Positions 1 through 10,294 of a DNA stretch of 20,000 bases are shown here, piece by piece. Under the pieces are notes generated by a model. The model worked only from the letters and a program-made list of their open reading frames with translations. It was not told where the DNA came from and made no database searches. Source of the DNA: Trypethelium eluteriae (taxonomy: Eukaryota). The stretch's first letter is position 1; each line of letters starts with the position of its first letter. Both the position numbers and the translations under genes were made by a program. The stretch covers positions 59,220 to 79,219 of the forward strand of contig JAVECL010000042.1 in the NCBI GenBank assembly GCA_051942245.1, read 5' to 3'.

Positions 1-455
1 GAGACCTTTGTTTCTTGCTTCTTTCACCATCTGCAGACACATTTCCGTATTCACACCATTTTTGAGTGCTTGCTAAACCGATCAGCCACTGGACGGTAAT
101 GATCTTCTGGCGACACATACAGTATTGGACTTTTGTATGGTAGGGCCATCCGCAATTGGGTCCGAGAAGGGCATACCGAGCTCGATAATGTCTAGGAGCT
201 CATGGGTCAGCAAGTTTGTGGAGAGGCATTCAACTGATGGTTCACTTACCAGCTCCTCCATGCTGCATGCCCAGCATTACGTTTGGCGTAGCGTCCACAG
301 TTGGGTATCCAGCGGTTACATATGTAACCAATGCAGACTAATTGAGCATACAAATCAGTGTCTCGTCCTCTGGCGGCTCGAATGCTTCTATAAATTACCC
401 TTTGCTCCTTCTTGCATGTGGCAAAAGTATCCTTAATTAATGCGACTCCCTCCAT
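1..455 (-). CDS. TRP5: Tryptophan synthase (fungal fused alpha/beta enzyme), 5' part only; exons 455-399, 337-250, 191-121, 72-<1
   Basis: Hand-spliced translation MEGVALIKDTFATCKKEQR/SALVTYVTAGYPTVDATPNVMLGMQHGGA/DIIELGMPFSDPIADGPTIQKSNT/QALKNGVNTEMCLQMVKEARNKGL carries the TrpA signature IIELGxPFSDPxADGPTIQ. The three introns have GTAATT, GTAAGT and GTATGT donors and TAG acceptors, with consistent phases. The gene runs off the left edge, so the alpha/beta fusion is assumed from fungal norm rather than seen. Confidence 0.95.
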
Positions 456-571
456 AATGGGTAGTTCTTTTCAAAGAGTTCTCGGTTCGGGTATCTCAAT
501 TCTTAAAAAGACAATTGAAGAAAGAGAAGGTAACGTCCAGATATGCATCAGGATAAATATCAAATTCTAAC

Positions 572-578
572 TGAGTCA
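572..578. promoter_or_regulatory. Gcn4/CpcA/CPC-1 response element (TGAGTCA)
   Basis: Perfect TGA(C/G)TCA consensus about 120 bp upstream of the tryptophan synthase ATG. Amino-acid biosynthesis genes are classic cross-pathway control targets. Confidence 0.65.
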
Positions 579-1428
579 CTCTTTCACGCTATCGATAGAT
601 GAAGTGCGGGTCTTTGATTTTGTACTGCCGCCGTTCACCGCCATGCAGCCCAGTCTCATCCCTGTCGGATCACGGAGTAATCGTGGTCTGGATTGTGGAG
701 TTGACGGGATGGAAACTGCGATCGGCATGTCTTGCAAGGCCCTTGATTAAGTCAATGGTCTTCTATGATGTCTGGACGAGGTGTTGAATTTTATGTGAAG
801 TTCCCCGCAGCACCAGCCGCATGTTGTCCGGAATAGGGACAACGGAGTACTTCTTTTGGACAAGCATAAGCCGCAGAACTGCGTGGCTGTATTATTATGA
901 GAAACGACGTTGAGCCCCAAAATTGATTTGATTGCATGATCTTGCATAATGGCTTTGTAGTGTCCCGATCATCAACTTCCCTTCAGCCAGCCAAAGCATC
1001 ACCCACTCTCACTTGATTCGTGTTCTGTAAGCATGCGCATAACTTCCCCATCGGGCAAGGATCCGCCCTTGGCCTAATGCCTGAATTCCGGCTGTTGGCC
1101 ATTTACGAGGCCAGCTTACAACAACAATTCTTTTCCAAGTGTATGCACTTCTGGAGTTACTTGTCCAGCCCTCGTTCATTTTGACAACTTCCTTTGGATC
1201 CGCAGCGCGAAGATTTTGTCCCGTTGCCACTGTCGCAGCTCTCCAACGAGCATTTCCGAGTAATGTTTCATCGAGCATAGAGGATTCTTCCGTCGTTCAT
1301 TTTACTCCCCCGCTATCTACCAAGATTGGAGGCCCGCCTACAACTAGCTGGGAACCAGGTTAGGGAGTCGACTTTTCGACTTTCAACCGGGCAGCCTGTC
1401 ATCCTGCAATTTCCTCCTCAATCTCAAC

Positions 1429-4400
1429 ATGGATCGAGCCGACTCCACCCAAAGTTCGGACAGAGAAAATGTAAGTACGATCACATGCTCTGATGTGTTC
1501 GGCGGAACCAAGTTCCTGCTGCCAACATTCAAGACTATATGGACAAGTAATCTTTAATTAGTTGAAGTTTGGACTAAGGAGGTGATTTGTAGGACACTTT
1601 CGAAGACGCTCACGACACTACCTCAACTTCGACCTCTCGTGCCCAGTCACCTGCATCAAGATCCCTGATAAGTGGACGGCGAGGGTCGTCATCTTCAACA
1701 ACAAGACACAGCCGTGAGCCTTCCCGATTAAGACTGTCCTTGAATGGAGACTCTGTCGAGGACACGGAAGACCAGTACACAAATGGGGATAGATCACTTG
1801 AAGAATCAGTAAAAGATATGGATGAGACTCCTGCAGATCTGAAAACTGAGGGACAAATTGCGGGTTCTCCACCTCTTACAGCAAAAAGCTTTTCAATGGA
1901 ATCAATGCAAAGTGTGCCCCTGAATAGCGGCAAGTCGACGGCAGGCACAGGTGGGTGACTACCGTTTCTGTACATCCGAATGCAGGAGCCAACTGGCTTG
2001 GCAACGCAAACACAGTTGACCGTTCTGGAGTCTGGCCTTGAGCCATGGCTTGGGCTCCAGTCACACAACAGCATGGACCTTTCCTGTCAACGAGTCTCGT
2101 TCCCATCATTTTCGCCTCCCAATTGCTAATAAATACATTTCTTGAGTACAGATAAAGGTGCTGGGTGGCCTCTGTCATCCCCTTCCACATCGTCTCCAAA
2201 TAATCCTGCAAAAGAACCCCCTAAGCTCCCGCCGCGAGAGCCCTCCAGCTCTAGAATACAAGGGCTTTCGCAAAAGTTCGAGAATTCATATCCGCCGCCT
2301 CCCTCAGCCCCCTTAAAGCCGCAGCCTAGCCCCTCACAACCTGCAGCGCCATCGCGGAAATTCACGACGCCCTTTGCCTGGTTCTCAAGAAACAGTGATA
2401 CGGGCGACAAAAGAACAGCATCTCCTCCATTACCATCAGAGAAGAACCACGAGCGTCGCGGGACTACATCATCTGTGGCAACAATGGGGAGTAATCCAGA
2501 AGTGACTGTCAGCAAGGGTGAAAACGGACAAGAGGGAACTGGTGGGCAAAATCGAGCGAATCGTACAAGTCTTAAGGACAGATTCAAACTTCTTCGGATG
2601 CAGGAAGAGGCAGGAATTGACACATTCAACGAAGATGGATCTCCCAAGAATATCGAAAATGGTGAGATAACTGGAACAAGACAACGATCGGGTAGCGTGG
2701 TCAATCCTGGTCGCAGTCCCAAGATGACAAATGGCGAGAAAGACGGGGAAACAAGCGCACCATCCATGGCAAGAAATGCGTCTTCACCAGGACGATTACC
2801 CAGGCGAGGGACAATCAATTCAAGTTTACTACCAGGCACCGCTGCTGGCATAGCTGAAGGACCCGCAGCAGAGGATGCCGAACCAGTGGACTGGGACTTA
2901 TGGCAATCGGTTGTCTACGAAGGACCCGCAGCCGTTGCTCGAACCAGTGCGGATGAGCTCAATCATGCGATAGCTAGTGGCATCCCTCAAGCTATTAGAG
3001 GAGTCGTCTGGCAGGTCCTTGCACAAAGTAAAAACGATGATTTAGAAGATGTCTATCGCGAACTTTCATCGAGAACAGTAGACAATAATCAAGTGGTGGT
3101 GAACGGAAGGAAAACTTCAAATCCGAGTGTGAATGGAACGAAAGAGAAGGACTCCCATACATCTTCAGCATCGTCAATTCGCTCTGGAAGCTCAACGCCC
3201 GCTACTAGCACAATGACCGGATCTCCTCCACCATCTAACGACAGTAACAACGCAGAGTCAGTCGCAAAGCTCCAAGCGTCGTTAGCAGCAGAGAATAGAA
3301 AGAAAACTAAGGATGATGCAGCAGCGCTAGTAAAACTCGAGAAGACCATTAAGCGCGACATGGGTGCAAGGACAAGCTTCTCAAAATATCTCATGAGTGC
3401 TGGCTTACAGGACGGCCTCTTCAATGTCTGCAAAGCCTATGCTTTGTTCGATGAGGGCGTTGGGTACGCACAGGGTATCAATTTCATCTCAATGCCTCTG
3501 CTATTCAATGTTCGTAGTCCCGAAAGCTCTCTACAACCCTTCTAACCGCCTTGCAGATGCCCGAAGAAGAAGCCTTCTGTCTCCTCGTCCGCCTGATGAA
3601 CAACTATCACCTTCGCGATCTATTTATACAAGATATGCCCGGCCTCCACCTCCATCTCTACCAGTTCGAGCGACTACTCGAAGATTTCGAACCTGCACTC
3701 TGCTGTCATCTTAATCGCCGAGGTGTTAAGCCTGAGTTGTACGCCACTCAATGGTTCCTCACACTGTTCGCCTACCGTTTCCCCCTTCAACTTGTCCTAC
3801 GCGTCTACGATCTTATCCTTAGCGACGGTCTCGAAGGTGCTATCCTCAAATTTGGCATCGTGCTCATGCAAAAGAACACTTCCACTCTGATGCAAATGAA
3901 GGAGATGTCCACCTTGACCACCTTTCTCAAAGAGCGCATATTCGATGTCTATATCGACAAGGCTCCCTCAGCAAACTCACTTTTGGAATCCGGCTTCTTT
4001 GGTAGTGCAGGCGGTATCGACAAGGAAGTATATCGCGCCAACGAACTAGTTCAAGATGCCTGCTCCGTAAATATCACCACGGAAATGCTCAAACAGTATG
4101 CAGCAGAGTGGGAAGAATTGCAACGGGCAGCTCGCGAACGCGAAGCCGAACTAGAAGGTTTGCGAGGCTCCAATGCTTCGTTATCGCTCAAAGTCCGCGG
4201 TCTGGAAGAGCGCGTCGAGAAAAACGATACAGAGCACGTACAGATTGCATCTGATCTAGTGCGGACAAAGGTGGATAATGAGCAGTTGGCAGACGACAAC
4301 GAGAGCTTGAGGGGCCAGGTGGAGGAGTTGAGGAAGCTGGTAGAGAAGCAGCCAGAGGAAGTGGAGGAACGATTGAAGAGCGAAATGGAGAGAATTATGG

Positions 4401-4655
4401 CTCGCAATATGGAGGTGCAGAATGAGAATCGAGCATTGGAGGAGCAGATGGCGGAGATGGAAAAGGATTTGGTGGAGACGAAGATGGGGTACGCTCAGGT
4501 GAGTAAAGTCCTCCATCTTTCCCGTCCTATACAATCAAGTCTTGACTAACAAGAATCCTTCTTTTCAGCTGAATGCAGAGTTTGAAGATATGAAGCAGAG
4601 GTGGTCAAGTTTACAGAGCATGCTGAACAACCCTGCCAAGAAATCACCTACATAA
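1429..4655 (+). CDS. GYP5: Rab-GAP TBC-domain protein, Gyp5-like, ~928 aa; exons 1429-1470, 1593-1950, 2152-3509, 3557-4498, 4569-4655
   Basis: TBC motifs GIPQAIRGVVWQ, IKRDMGART (Arg finger), GYAQGINF (Gln finger) and LYATQWFLTLFAYRFP, with a long Ser/Pro-rich N-terminus and a C-terminal coiled coil. All four GT-AG introns are phase-consistent (total 2787 nt). The first two exons are less certain than the rest. Confidence 0.9.
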
Positions 4656-5268
4656 ACATGCCCCTTCCCACTCTAGCAAACCCGTCCTTCCTATTACCTG
4701 GCCAGCTACAACCATCGAGAAGCTCAACGGCTTGTATACCTCACGCACTACGTCCTCGCACTGTTCTTTGCAATGCTGCATCGAATTTAAACCTTTGTTT
4801 TCGTTTCTATTGTTGATACTTGACACTTGTCAGGTCCTAGGCCTATCAGGCTTTCGGCCATTTGCGAACGTTCTTACGACTTGTTCAGGTCTTATGGATG
4901 TATTACTGTGCGGGAATTGCGCATACCCACATTACTGCGTTGAAGTATGGAGGGCGTCACTGGAAATTATTGTGTAATTATGGGCAGCATATTGGCGGAA
5001 ACAACAGGATTCATTGCCTAGATTGAGCCGGCACAGTATATATTAGGATGAAATGGAGTACAAGATATCACTGTCACACTCTCACCTCAGCCTTGCCCAA
5101 AATTGAAGGCTGCATACTGTTGAGCGGCAAGGATATCCCCTTACTTATAAGCACCCCCTCCCTTCCCTTCCATCAACCTCTTGATATATTCTCTAAGGAA
5201 ACGAAAGAAAATCCATCACCGCAGTCGCCCACGAAGCCCACCTACCTACCTACTTCAATGCACCCGCA

Positions 5269-8200
5269 ATGGACCCGCCCATCCGCCTACGCTCCTACCA
5301 GGACGAAATGCTACAGGAAAGCCTGAAGCGCAACGTCATCGTCGCCATGGACACCGGCAGCGGCAAGCCCCACATCGCCATCGCCCGCATCCAGGCGGAG
5401 CTCGAGCGCCCACCACCCCCCTTTCCTCCATCTCCCTCCGCGTCCGCCCAGCACCAGCAAGCCAGCGTCTGGTTCCTTGCGCCGACGGTCGCGCTCTGTC
5501 AGCAGCAGGCGCGGGCAATTCAGGCGCAGCTGCCGGCGGTGCAGACGCGGGTGCTGACGGGGGCGGATGGAGTGGAGTTCTGGACGGAAAAGGGGATGTG
5601 GGAGGAGGTGTTGAGGGGTGTCGGGGTGGTGGTGGCGACGTTTGCGGTTTTGCGAGATTTGCTCACGCATGCGTTCGTGGGGATGGAGGGGTTGAGTTTG
5701 GTGGTGTTTGATGAAGGTGAGCATTTACCTAAGGTTCTTGTGCTCTGGTTCTTTCCTTTCTCAGCCTCGCACGACACAAGACAGCACGACACGGTATTTG
5801 TCTGCACTGAGAGAAAAGAAAGATACAACGGGGTTTTGTCAGACTTAAGTCGCGCGTCGAGTATGATGAATCCTCGACCAACTATAATGTCTTTACTGCG
5901 AGTCCGCGTCTTAGGATAAAGCAGTACTTTCTTTTGTGTTTCTCCTTTCCTGTTTACTGTCGGCGCGACCAACTCCATCTAATATGGCGAAGCCCACCAT
6001 TGTAGTGGCAAGCATCCTGCGAATCAAATTATGCAGAATTTCTACCATCCTCTTCGAAATGTAGCTGCACGTAGAGTTCCTCATATCCTAGGCCTTAGTG
6101 CTAGCCCTGTTGTTCGTGCTTCTGCCCCGGCCAAGGGACTTGAGTAAGTTCCGGACGATTCTCAATTCGTCCTACTAGATCTCAATGACGACTTTAGCAC
6201 AATCGAAACCAATCTCAATGCGCGAGCGACCACACCAAAAAGGTATCGGTCTGAATTGTTGCGAAACGTGTATCCGCCGAAATTCGACAAGATTGTTTAT
6301 CCCGAGAGTGCGTCGCCCAGCCCGCCAGCCTTAGAGGCTCTGCGAGCGATTGATCTTGGTATCGATCTGAACCAAGATCCAGACGTGAAGGAGCTTCTCC
6401 AGATTGGTGATGAAGACTCCCAACTTCGCCTGGAAAAATTTCGGGCTGGGAAAAAGACATTCTGTTCCGATCAAATCTCGACTTTCTGCCGCAGTTCAAA
6501 TTATATCTTCGATGAATTAGGCCCATGGGCTACGAATTGGTACATTTGGATCTGTCTACGAAACTTCCGTAGCCTGGTCGATCAGCAGGAGGAACTGATA
6601 TCTTCATGGACCATGGAACAGAAGTTTTACATGTTGGAGCTTTTGCAAGACGTACAGTCTGGCGTTCAAGAGCCCTGTAAAGCCACACAGATTGAGGTAT
6701 CTCCAAAAGCTCAGCTGTTGCTGGATTTATTGGCTCGCGAAGCTACTCCAGACTTTACAGGTCTTATTTTCGTAAAGCAAAGAGCCACGGTGGCCGCGCT
6801 TGCAGAACTACTTTCGATCCATCCAGATGTCAAAGACTGCTATAAGTTGGGCACCTTTGTTGGATCTTCAACCTTTGGGAATCGAAAGTTTAAATTCGCG
6901 GAAAGGGTCGATCTTAGGGAGCAACAACAATCGCTAGAGGAATTCAGATCAGGGAGAAAAAATCTTCTTCTAGGTACAAGCGTCTTGGAAGAGGGCATAG
7001 ATGTTGCTGCCTGCAATAGCGTCACTTGTTTTGAAACCCCAGAGAACCTAAAATCATATATACAACGACGGGGCCGAGCGAGAATGAAAGGGTCAAAATA
7101 TACGGTCTTTTTGAGTCAACTGGATACTCGGAATGGGCCAGCGGAGTGGGATGCACTAGAAGAAGAGATGCGTAAGGCATACGCTGATGAGCTTAGGGAG
7201 ATACAGGTCTTGGCAGAACTAGAGGAATCTGAGGAAGACGATGGTCGATTTTTTCGAGTCGAAAAGACAGGGGCTTTGCTCACTATTGACAATGCTCTAG
7301 AGCATCTCCATCACTTCTGTGCAAAACTTGCTGCTGAAGCTTACGTGGATCCTCGACCACAATTCACCAAAATCGATGAATACTACGACGGGAAGGAAAG
7401 CGTGTTTGGAATGGAGGTGATCCTGCCACCCACATTAGAACCTCGTCTTCGAACAGCGAGTAGCTTGAAACTATGGAAATCTGAAAAGAATGCCCGGAAA
7501 GATGCTGCTTTTCAAGCATACATGAACCTTTACCGAGCTGGTTTGATCAATGATAATCTCCTACCGTTGGAGATCATTGATCCAGACGCACCAACTATGG
7601 ACTGGACTGATAGCGGGCCATCCATCGTTTCCGTCAGTGATTTAATGAATCCATGGACACAGGCAGTCACCCTCCAGAGAGAGACTCAGGATTGGTACGA
7701 GTATCTTATCACGGTCACGACCCCGGGTGAACAGCTTGTCAAGATAGCCATGTTTTTGCCTGCAGATACTGGCAAGCTGCCTGATATTTGCTTTTACTGG
7801 AATGCAACAACACGCTGTATTGCTCAATTAGAAAAGAAGGGTATTACACTCATTCCTGCTGCAGACTCGGATTCTTCGCGAAAGCTCACGAAGCTTATCC
7901 TATCATCGGTGTTTGGTACGCGAATGAGGCACAGGAGGGAAGATTTTGTAACCCTCTTCGTACCGTTAGAAGAGCCGCAAAAGCCCCTGTGCGACCTACT
8001 GCAAGATTTTTCTGGCAAGAAGCCCGCATCACCGCCAGAAAGCATTGACCTCGCTCAGTGTGGCCTGATCCGGGAGAAAGAAGCTGAGGACCGTCCCTTG
8101 ATCTTCCAGGGATTTGAGACGACATATCAATCGCCTGATGAACATTACGATGATGGTAAACAAACATTGCCCGAGTCTATGATTAAATATACCAGGTTCC

Positions 8201-9885
8201 CCAAGCGAAGGGACTTTCTCCATCCTGTTCCAGCTTCAGCCACAGTCACTGAGGCTTACACCACGGTGGACATGATCCCAGCTCGGGACTGCACTGTGGA
8301 CAACCTACCGAGCAGATATTCTATCTTTGCACTCTTTGTCCCTGCGATTCTACATCTTTGTGGGCTGAAATTGATTTTAAACCATCTTTGTGAGAACATT
8401 CTGCATACTATAGGCTTCCGCAACGTCAGCTTGGTTCAAGCGGCCATCACAGCATCTTCCGCTCGAGAAGAGGCCGATTACCAAAGACTGGAGTTCTTAG
8501 GTGACGCCATCTTAAAATACTCTACGTCACTTAGAGTGTTCAATGAACATCCACATTTCCCAGAGAAGTACTTGACAGCAGAAAAGGGCCGCTGCGTATC
8601 CAACGCCACCATCGCGAACGCAGCAATAGAAAAGGGCTTAGACAAATACATCATCACAACTGCTTTCACAGGGCTTAAATGGAAGCCAGTGTATATTGAA
8701 GACACCCTCAACCAGCAAGCAGCGCAAAGAGACATGGCGCGTAAGATCCTGGCTGATGTAGTCGAGGCCCTTATTGGCGCTTCCTATATCGACGGGGGCT
8801 GGCTAAAAGCACAAGCCTGTATCGAGGTCTTCCTTCCACCGAACTCCTTTTCTGCGAGCCAAATGGGCAGAATTAACAGTTCACCACAAACCAGTTCTGC
8901 ATCCCCAGCAGCGCTTCAAACATTAGAGGAACTCATCGGCTACACCTTCACCAAGAAGTCCCTCCTCCTCGAATCCATCACCCACCCCTCCTTCACCACC
9001 GATACCTACGCTCGCCCCTACGATCGACTCGAATTCCTCGGTGATGCCATCCTCGACTATATCATCACTCCGCGGCTCTACCACCTCCAGCGTCCCTCTC
9101 CGCCCTCTGACGCCCCGACGCCGCTCAAACACTACGAAATGCACTCGCTCCGCACCGCCATCGTTAACGCCGACTTCCTCGCCTTCTGCGCCCTTTCACA
9201 CTCCATCCCAGAGTCCCGCGCCGAGGTCGTCAGAGATGATAGTGCGCCGAGCGGGTATGCGACGCGTCAGAGCAGCGTGGATCGCTATCTGTGGCAGTAT
9301 ATGCGGAAGTCGAACCCTGAGATTGCGCGGGCGCAGGAGGCTACGGTGGCGCGGTTTCGTCAGTATGAGGCGGAGGTGAGAGAGGGGTTAGCAGGACGCG
9401 GGAAGGATGGAGGCGAGAGCGAGGGCGAGAGGGATGGGGGAGAGCGGCGTGAGAAGGTGTACCCTTGGTTAACGTTGATGCGGATCAGGGCGGAAAAGTT
9501 CTTTTCGGACATGGTGGAGAGCGTGATTGGAGCGATTTGGTTGGATTCTGGCGGAAATTTGAGGGAGTGTGAGGGGTTTGTGGAGAGGTTGGGGATATTC
9601 GGGTGCTTAGAAAGGCTTTTAGTCGAAGGCGTAAATATTATGCATCCAAAGGAGCGGGTGGGAATCCTAGCTGGGAACGAGAAAGTAAACTATGACACCG
9701 ACAAGGAAAAAGATACTTACCACTGTGTGCTCAAGATTGGAGCAGAGGAGGTGGCAAGGGGAGAAGGGCAAACGGCTGAAATTGCGAAGACGGACGCTGC
9801 AAGCAGTGCTGTGAGGCTTTTGGAAAAAGATATCATTTCTCAGGAGCACCAGGGCGCTAGAACTTCTCAGGGCATCGATATCTAA
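5269..9885 (+). CDS. dcl2: Dicer-like protein 2, ~1428 aa; exons 5269-5716, 5993-6143, 6198-9885
   Basis: Q motif LRSYQ; motif I MDTGSGK(P); FLAPT; DE/AHHC assembled across intron 1; HILGLSASP; HELICc TSVLEEGIDV...SYIQRRGRAR; Dicer dimerisation domain LLTIDNALEHLHHFCAKL; RNase IIIa YQRLEFLGDAIL...ADVVEALIGA; RNase IIIb YDRLEFLGDAIL...SDMVESVIGA; C-terminal dsRBD-like segment; no evident PAZ. The size and architecture match fungal DCL2. Confidence 0.95.
5717..5992 (+). other. Long (276 nt) spliceosomal intron 1 of dcl2, splitting the DEAH box
   Basis: GTGAGC donor, CTAAT branch site at 5979-5983 and AAG acceptor at 5990-5992. Splicing restores GAT GAA G|CC CAC CAT TGT = DEAHHC. Confidence 0.85.
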
Positions 9886-10294
9886 ATCGGCTGGGGGCTC
9901 CTGACTTGCGCGGAGTGAAATAGAGTTCTTACCTTATAGATAGTCCTTGTCACTCTATCCCTAGATCTGACCCTTTTGATCCCCTGGTTTGAAGCTGACA
10001 TCTTTGGAAGTTTCACTGAGGGAATCCCCAATTCGTGGAGTTAGAACATCGACCGAGCCGTTCGGCTATACGCTGGTTGCCCACAATACCTGACACACTT
10101 AATGAGGGACGTACAAAAGAGCCTGAGCAATGGCCGCGCTTTGGTGATTAAAGACGTTTTAAGGACGGGACGAATCACGAGGGGATGCTGGCTAAAGACA
10201 TCCAGATGCTCAGGAGAAGTGGTACATGGGTCGATCTATCTCGACGCTATGATGAAGTCTATAATTACAGTATCTGCAATCAATCGTTATAGAA

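Noticed and set aside
314..329. Perfect 16-bp palindrome GGTTACATATGTAACC
   Set aside because: It lies in coding sequence (VTYVT), and about 0.3 such palindromes are expected by chance in 20 kb.
1358..1365. GGTTAGGG telomere-like word, possible telomerase RNA template on the minus strand
   Set aside because: It is a single 8-mer with no tandem array, and there is no room or recognisable pseudoknot for a fungal telomerase RNA.
2126..2851. Long antisense or alternative-frame ORFs (e.g. 2126-2851, 5181-5711, 10357-10926, 17985-18596)
   Set aside because: They are shadows of real genes, favoured by GC-rich or skewed codon usage, and have no independent motifs.
3349..3375. TBC arginine finger spaced IxxDxxxR rather than IxxDxxR, after a long low-complexity insertion
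   Set aside because: As far as I recall this spacing is normal for filamentous-fungal Gyp5 orthologues, so it is not evidence of inactivation.
5790..5900. TPP riboswitch, hammerhead or snoRNA in dcl2 intron 1 (CTGAGA...ATAC; ATGATGA at 5863-5869)
   Set aside because: The TPP 3' core is missing, there is no CUGANGA hammerhead core, no downstream CTGA box D, and no terminal ACA box.
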